Shown here one piece after another: positions 23,860 through 30,313 of a DNA stretch of 30,313 bases; positions within the stretch are counted from its first letter, which is position 1; each line of letters begins with the position of its first letter. The stretch comes from Macrostomum lignano. Lineage: Eukaryota. The stretch spans positions 1 to 30,313 of the forward strand of contig NIVC01004953.1 in the NCBI GenBank assembly GCA_002269645.1, in the 5' to 3' direction. The position numbers and the translations under genes are program-made. The notes beneath the pieces were generated by a model. It was not told the origin of the DNA and ran no database searches. It saw nothing but the letters and a program-made list of their open reading frames with translations.

Positions 23860-24830
23860 TGAAATAGATTGGGGTTTCTTCCCGATTTAGGCGCTTAAGA
23901 TTACCTTAAGACTCGAGCCTCTTCAGTGGGAAGTTCTCTCAACTCTCAGTAGCGTAGGTAGTGCTGCCACCAGTTCCTTCAGGTCTCGGCCTTCGATGAG
24001 GTGAGCTTCCCGTCGGAACGAAATAAACAAGTCAACGAACTCAGCACAGCGTGCAGATTTGCAGATTAATGAACAAGGCGTCCTGATCAGCAGATCCCCG
24101 CCGGGCTCAGGGGTGGCTGGAAGGCAGTGTTAGCCTCCCTTAGGCTTGGGCTTTAGTGGGGTCTCAGTCAGACCAGTACAAACGGATTCAGTACGCAAAG
24201 GGCACTTAGTTAGACACTGACGCACACGGGATCTTAGTGAATTCTCCGCAGATAAGAAGCCAAATCCTTGACGGAAACAAGGGGAGAGGGGTCCTATTTA
24301 TAGCCGGGAAACACCCACGCACAAGACCTCGTGACTTGTTCTATTTTTAGAACTGACGTCACTTGAGATCTCGAGGCAGGGTCTCAGTGCGCGCAAGACC
24401 TCGTGACTCGTTCTATTTTAGAACTGACGTCACTTGAGGTCTCCGGCCAGAGTACACGCGGCTGTGACTCAGTTGCTATTTTTAGCAACATGAGTCACTC
24501 CTCTCCTTAGAGAAGGGAGGGGTCCGAAAGCACGTGATTCTCCCGGTAAACAGGGCCAACGAGTGCAGTAAACATGTTTACTGCACTTTAGGACTCGAAG
24601 AACGCAGAGTCTGTCATGTGACTTGCTCACATGACAGAGGAAAACGGGACGGGAACGAAACAGAGACAGCCCACAGCAGAGAAGCTGAGGGCTGAGAACA
24701 GAGACGCAGAAGGGCAGAACAGGCCAAGGGCAGCAACAGACGGGCCAAGGGGGGTGGGAAGCTGACCAGCGGCAGACAGCAACCCAGGGCGAGGGCGAGG
24801 GAGACTGCTGACAAAGTGGGACGCCTAACA
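23860..24830 (-). mobile_element. 5' LTR (about 970 bp) of a truncated LTR retrotransposon
   Basis: The - strand begins TGTTAGG at 24830 and ends ...ATTTCA at 23860, directly before the PBS. TATA box CTATAAATAG at 24303-24294, motif-rich U3, and an abrupt switch to AT-rich host DNA after 24830. No gag/pol is seen downstream. Confidence 0.75.
24294..24540 (-). promoter_or_regulatory. LTR promoter/enhancer: TATA box, two CRE sites, two AP-1 sites, E-box
   Basis: TGACGTCA at 24354-24361 and 24425-24432, TGACTCA 24465-24471, TGAGTCA 24491-24497, CACGTG 24531-24536, TATA on the - strand at about 24302-24296. Confidence 0.55.
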
Positions 24831-25505
24831 TCAACTAGCGGATCACTACAATTAGCAATTATACAATAACTGCATAATAAATTAAATAGTTTGCAATTTT
24901 TTGTAATACTGCTTTTAATATTTTGTCGAAGTTTCTACAAAACAAGTTTCTATGAATCTTCACTCGCTCCCACTTCTAGTTTGAAAAGTAGACTTTTACG
25001 AGTGGTTCTGAAATAATAATAAACCTTCGCTCCATCAAAAATATATTTAACTAAATAAACTAATTATATTAATTATACATATATAATTAATAATAATACA
25101 CTTCTCTGAAACTCTCCTTTCTCACTTGCTCTGGCACCGAAATGTCTGGCAACGAAGTTTCTGGCTACATAACAACCAAACTTTTCTTAGTTCACTCACT
25201 AAAGTTTCTCGTTTCATAAAAGTTCGAAACTACTCTAAGTAGCTAAAAACGGATGGAAAAGTTTTGCTAACGACGCATTTTTTGGTGAAGTTATTGTTAA
25301 ATTTAAGATTATCCAGCGACAAGAAGTACATGTGGACAGAAAATGTATAGCTGGTAGTAGTAGTGTTTGATTAGACGAAAATATTTATTTATTTAAACAT
25401 TTAAAATATTGATGCGTGATGCGCATTTTCTCGCGCTTATTCCTCCAAAAATAAAGGAAGATGTTAGCCTCAGTGAAACTGTTAGCTGCCAATTGTGAAG
25501 CCAAG

Positions 25506-26809
25506 TCAGCATTTGTACGGCGAATCCCAGTAGGGCCTGATGATGAGGCCGCCCAGGAGGGCGGCTGTGGCTGCAACACCCAGCGCTACCATCAGCCACT
25601 CGACAGACTTTGTTGCCACCGTCAAATCCGATTGAATCCGGCCGGCGTTTCCATCCACTTTTCTAACGTTGGTCCGGCTATTGTCGCTATTTTCCGTCCA
25701 AACCGTCGCGTCGCTACCTTTCACGCACAGCAGACGGCCTAGAAATGGACGAGAACGACTTTAAGGCAGGTTGGCATTCCATCATCTCCAGGCGTGAAGT
25801 GAAGTCGCATGGTCAAAGAAGTCAGTAGGAGAGATCCTGTGGACAGAATCATCGCAGACGTGATGAAATATGCAACAAATGGCAGCTTTTGTGACCGATA
25901 GAATGCCGTCCAGGAGCAGTAGGAACACAGTGTAGCTGAGCATGATTGTGATGCCGAATCCCAGCTTCTCACCGGACTCCAGTGGCACAAAGTACACCAG
26001 CACTTGAAGAACAGACAACAGAATGAGCGGTGCAATGATGTTAACGAAGTAATAATTTGATACTCGACAGATCTGAAGCCTTAATTCGTACGTTGGAAGC
26101 AGCGCCTTTCTCGAACCTCGAATCAGTGCGTACTCCTTGAACTCTGCAGACGTGGAGAAGTTCAGAAGTGTCCATTCGCTGCTATTTTGGTATAGAACTA
26201 GCGGGTTATACGGAACCAGCTTGTTGACCTCAGGTTCTACCCCAGAATTGTGCCGTTCAGGATCGATGAAGCAGAATGATATAGAGCAGTCGTGCATGTC
26301 CACGGGAAACTGGCTTAGCTTACGTCAAACTTGCAAGTGAATTCGAACACGCGACGCCATGGAGCCGTGACTTGGGTTAAGTTGGGTGATTGCGACGTTA
26401 GGAAAACTGGCGTTTTTGATTGCGGCACCTGATCCTGTCCTACACCGTACATCAAAATCAAAGGGCTCCAGATTTCATCAACTTTCCAATTAATAACGGT
26501 AACATCACCGAATTTGCTCGAATTCCAAACCAGCCGCTCCTCTTCCCATTTTGCCTGAAGCAATGCGCTCACTCGTATCGTCTGCTTCACCGTGTCAACC
26601 GCAGTTATGTGGGTCAGCAGAGGGTCCATCCTGACAGCAATTTTAGCATTCGGCTCTATCCTGGGCGGGAGCAGGGGACTGTAGTTGGTTATGTTGTTCT
26701 TCAAGTACTGTATCACGTTAGCCTGGTGGTCCGCCCAGACAAAGCTGTTGCAGAAGAAACAGACAGCAAGAACAGTGAGAACAGCTGACAAATTTCGTAG
26801 TGGAGCCAT
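25506..26809 (-). pseudogene. Cys-loop receptor array copy 6, frameshifted
   Basis: ATG at 26809 (MAPLRNLSAVLTVLAVCFFC). A 5-bp tandem duplication TAAGC at 26313-26322 breaks the Cys-loop (CKFDVS[*]QFPVDMHDC). Further lesions are a 2-bp loss at about 25895 and a 1-bp loss at about 25742. Natural stop at 25506. Confidence 0.88.
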
Positions 26810-27312
26810 GGCGCTAAGCTTTCTCTGCACGGATCAAAACAGTTCAGAGCTCCGCACACGCTTATCTACAGTTATATCCAAAATGAAATTATATCTTCGC
26901 TTATTTCCAGTGTTTGCGATCGATAGACTGCATATACAATTGCTAATGAAATGTTTGCCCATCAGCAGTCTCCATCAACTGCATCTGAGCCTTCCGACTC
27001 ACAGTTAGAAAGCGCGATTGTCGTGTCAGTCTGTTTAAACTGCAATTTATTTCTCCGACATTATCCTGCGCAAACAGTTGGCCATTAGCGTTGCCAAGCT
27101 GACAATTATCAGGTTCGCGACTTGGTTAAGTCAAACAGACGAACATGCAGGCGAGAACTCAGAATAAATTAAATAATTGATAACAGCTACGTGGGTAGAA
27201 TTGCTTTACTACAGTTTCACGTACATGTAACACTTCATTGCATTTAAGTAACTTCAACTGCGAGTAAACATGTTCAAAATTTTATGTCAATCGACTGTAA
27301 CAAAAGCTAGTA

Positions 27313-27945
27313 CTGGCGCCCCTGGTTCTGGCGCCCCTGGTGCTGGCGCCCTGGTGCTGGCGCCCCTGGTGCTGGCGCCCCTGGTGCTGGCGCCCCTGGT
27401 GCTGGCGCCCTGGTGCTGGCGCCCCTGGTGCTGGCGCCCCTGGTGCTGGCGCCCCTGGTGCTGGCGCCCCTGGTGCTGGCGCCCCTGGTGCTGGCGCCCC
27501 TGGTGCTGGCGCCCCTGGTGCTGGCGCCCCTGGTGCTGGCGCCCCTGGTGCTGGCGCCCCTGGTGCTGGCGCCCCTGGTGCTGGCGCCCCTGGTGCTGGC
27601 GCCCCTGGTGCTGGCGCCCCTGGTGCTGGCGCCCCTGGTGCTGGCGCCCCTGGTGCTGGCGCCCCTAGTGCTAAAGCCCCTGGTGCTAAAGCCCCTGGTG
27701 CTAAAGCCCTGTTGCTAAAGCCCCTGGTGCTAAAGCCCCTGGTGCTAAAGCCCCTGGTGCTAAAGCCCCTGGTGCTAAAGCCCCTGGTGCTGGCGCCCCT
27801 GGTGCTAAAGCCCCTGGTGCTAAAGCCCCTGGTGCTGGCGCCCGTGTGCTAAAGCCCCTGGTGCTAAAGCCCCTGGTGCTAAAGCCCCTGGTGCTAAAGC
27901 CCGTGGTGCTAAAGCCGCTGGTGCTAAAGCCCTGGGGCTGGCGCA
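27313..27945. repeat. 15-bp GC-rich minisatellite (GGCGCCCCTGGTGCT / AAAGCCCCTGGTGCT)n
   Basis: About 42 tandem units with occasional 14-bp units. The GGC variant dominates the left part and the AAA variant the right part. Confidence 0.95.
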
Positions 27946-28572
27946 AAATACAATATTATATCAATTATGTATCTTTGAGACTTAAATCGCAAAATGAAAT
28001 TTTTATTTAAAAAACATGAACGGTGTATCTTTTACCGAAAACAGGCCTGCCATTTTTCCAGGAAATATGGTTTTTGGCGCAATTTAGCGGTTCTTGCTTT
28101 GTACAACAGCCGTGGGATTTTATTGCTCATTAGATGAAGAAGTGATGGCGGCTGTCAACCGATCAAACGTTTCGCCTCTGACTCTTCTTCTCATTCCACC
28201 CCTCCCTATTAGGCTTACTTTTCTCTAGGTAGCTACCCATGCTGCCAATGACTTAAATTGTCTTTGAGGCAATTTTTACACAGTTGCACAGTATTGAGAA
28301 CACAAACACCCTTCTGGCAGCCCAGAGTATTCCCGCGGTAGCTTCTATTCAAGAACTGATGCTTTAGTTAAATTGGAATCGACTCTTTCGCATTAGAAAA
28401 AATACGCTTTTGCAGCTGTCATTTTTCAACATCCTGCTGTTAAAATAGAAAAAACCGATGCGTTCCGTCCTTAAGACTTAGCCAGGTTCTTAACTATAAA
28501 ACCCGACGCTTATTAGAGAACCAACGCGCAACATCTTAACTGAGAATTACAAATTTCACACTGAAGACACCA

Positions 28573-28659
28573 ATGCTGAGACTCCTTATTAGAATAATCA
28601 TCACCTGCTGCAGCTCTGCAGGGGCAGCAGTCTGGGCCGCAGATGCTAAGTGCAGATTG
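28573..28659 (+). CDS. Candidate exon 1 (signal-peptide-like) of a spliced secreted protein
   Basis: ATG at 28573 encodes MLRLLIRIIITCCSSAGAAVWAADAKCRL, followed by donor TTG|GTAAGA in phase 0. Confidence 0.4.
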
Positions 28660-28784
28660 GTAAGAGCCGTGGACAACTATTTTAGTTGGCCATGCTTTTA
28701 TTTCGTCATATGTAGATAAGAAACGATTTTTGCTCCGCTGGTTGCGAAACAATGTCCCCAAAAATTCGTTCCCTGCATCGGCAG

Positions 28785-29130
28785 GTGCCCCCAGCTCGAC
28801 CAGCTCAGCCGGTCTCCGATGGCCTCGGCCGCTACTTCCCCGTCTCCTGGGTCGTTCTCGGCAGCTGCGACACTGATCAGGGCCTGATGTCGCTCAGCTT
28901 CTCGAGCCGAGCCAGGCGGACCCACAGCTCAGGGTGCCCACCTGAACGGCGATAAATGGGTCCGGATCTACTTTCCTCTGAACTTCACGGTCACTGGCTT
29001 CCTGGTGTTTGGCAACAGCACCAGAGTGGAGAACCCGGGCCGGGTGACCCGTTTCTACGCTGGCCACTCGCCCAGGAAATCGCTGTTGACCTCCTCGCCC
29101 GTGTACTCTGCTGACACCTTCAATAACAAG
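28785..29130 (+). CDS. Candidate exon 2, discoidin / F5/8 type C-like domain (one apparent frameshift)
   Basis: Acceptor GGCAG| at 28784, in frame with exon 1; GC-rich codons. After a 1-nt shift near 28933 it reads ...NGDKWVRIYFPLNFTVTGFLVFGN...RVTRFYAGHS, resembling F5/8-C QWLQVDL...VTGV.TQG...WVTSY...YS. Donor AAG|GTGACT at 29130. Confidence 0.4.
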
Positions 29131-30313
29131 GTGACTCAGGCAGATTGCTCAAACCCAAAAGCTATTCTAAGCGTCGGGACATGCAACTCACCTGTTACTA
29201 CAGGACCCTTAAACGATTAATGAGCTGAAAATGGGACCTCTTAAGTTAGGGCCTAGACTACAGGAATTAAAATTCACAGAGAGTTTTCTTGCTCGTCTTT
29301 TATCGGTATCAAAAAACAGTCTGAGGTTGGTATGCAATCTTAGTCTAACATCAATGCTCTGAATTTTGACCATTGTTGTTTGTAAGTGCCTTAGCACTTT
29401 CATGGTGTCCGCTAACACTATTGCTACTATAGTTTAGTTGATGGTGTTAGCGGTGATATAGGCGTTTTTAAGATGCCTCGGCGGTTCTAAAATATTTCGA
29501 GGTTCTAGCATGTCTCGAGATGTCTCAGCGGTTCTAGAATGTCTGAAGCGGATATCCCCTCACGAGCACATTAAAATCGACTCTGTAAAGCCTATTAGCA
29601 GATTAAGCGAGTAGAATGCTTTCAGGCTTTTGTAAAATTCTCCTGGGATGATTTCACTCGAAATCCAACTCCGAGAAAGCCACCTCGAAAGTCATTCTGC
29701 TAACTAACTAGAATAGCAACCGACCGATTTCACGTTAGCGTTAGCTTGTTTAATGCGTCAATCATTATCGATCATTCAGAATACTTAAGTAACTCTTTAT
29801 AGAATAATTTTTTTAAATGAAACCATAAACGCAAGCTTGCAAATAAAGAACTGCCGTTTGAGATGACAGCCTGGATGACAACAGCATTGAAGAGCACTTC
29901 TGGAGCAATTCGACTTAATACAACAATTACAAAGATGTTTTTCAATGAATTGGAGTAGTGGGGAAAAGCATGTGCTTCAGTGAAGTCATATGAGTGATGG
30001 ATGGCTGGATTATCAAATTGATGGATAGTTTTACCAATGCAATTAGTAGCGTTTTAACAAGCTTCCCAAACAAATAAAGTCTTGTTTACCAGTTGCTAAG
30101 GAAAATATTTTACGCTCTCCTAATCCGGACAGAGACTGCAGAATATGGGCTAAAGGGGAAGCCTGCCCCATCCCTTCTAATGAAGGTTAAAGTGGTCAAA
30201 GACCCCAAGCAAAATAAAACCCCTCATGTAACGCTTAAAATCTCACCTGAGTTGCGATTAATTTATCTACGAGTTATATTTACTGACTAGGAACTTGGAC
30301 TTTGACCCTTAGT

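Noticed and set aside
6701-26788. Many + strand ORFs overlapping the receptor genes (e.g. 6714-7022, 9442-9705, 13582-13845, 17697-17948, 26420-26788)
   Set aside because: They are antisense shadows of GC-rich coding sequence. Their mutual similarity only mirrors the shared TM tract.
6723-26809. Assignment as nAChR alpha subunits, GABA/GluCl or ACh-gated chloride channels, or giving a gene symbol
   Set aside because: There is no vicinal CC, and M2 has GEK rather than PAR/PA. I recognise no specific ortholog.
27270-27946. GAPGA-repeat (collagen/silk/elastin-like) or WCWRP-repeat protein
   Set aside because: There is no synonymous variation between units, 14-bp units shift the frame, and there is no signal peptide. 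It is a DNA-level minisatellite.
29860-29995. Possible third exon of the discoidin-like gene (DDNSIEEHFWSNST...)
   Set aside because: The splice phase does not match exon 2 and the frame has two stops.

Overview
This is eukaryotic (animal) genomic DNA, not prokaryotic: it has TTAGGG repeats, an LTR element with a tRNA primer-binding site (PBS) and spliced-gene signals. An invertebrate such as a free-living flatworm is a guess only. The core of the window (6.7-26.8 kb) is a head-to-tail minus-strand array of six Cys-loop (pentameric ligand-gated ion channel, nAChR/5-HT3-like) subunit genes with intronless coding sequences. Copies 1, 2 and 5 are intact; copies 3, 4 and 6 are disrupted. All six have an identical cation-type M2 pore helix, largely identical even at the nucleotide level. 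Their extracellular domains are strongly diverged and lack the canonical acetylcholine-binding residues (loop B Trp, loop C vicinal Cys-Cys, loop C second Tyr). This resembles a birth-and-death family of ionotropic sensory receptors, analogous to cephalopod chemotactile receptors, with gene conversion holding the pore constant; that reading is inference. Mobile DNA in the array comprises a decayed IS630/Tc1/mariner transposon upstream of copy 4 and an LTR plus tRNA-Leu PBS pointing into intact copy 5. The flanks carry long polypyrimidine tracts, a higher-order minisatellite next to an interstitial telomeric repeat, a 15-bp minisatellite, and a probable spliced secreted discoidin (F5/8-C)-like gene start that the ORF track does not show as a unit.
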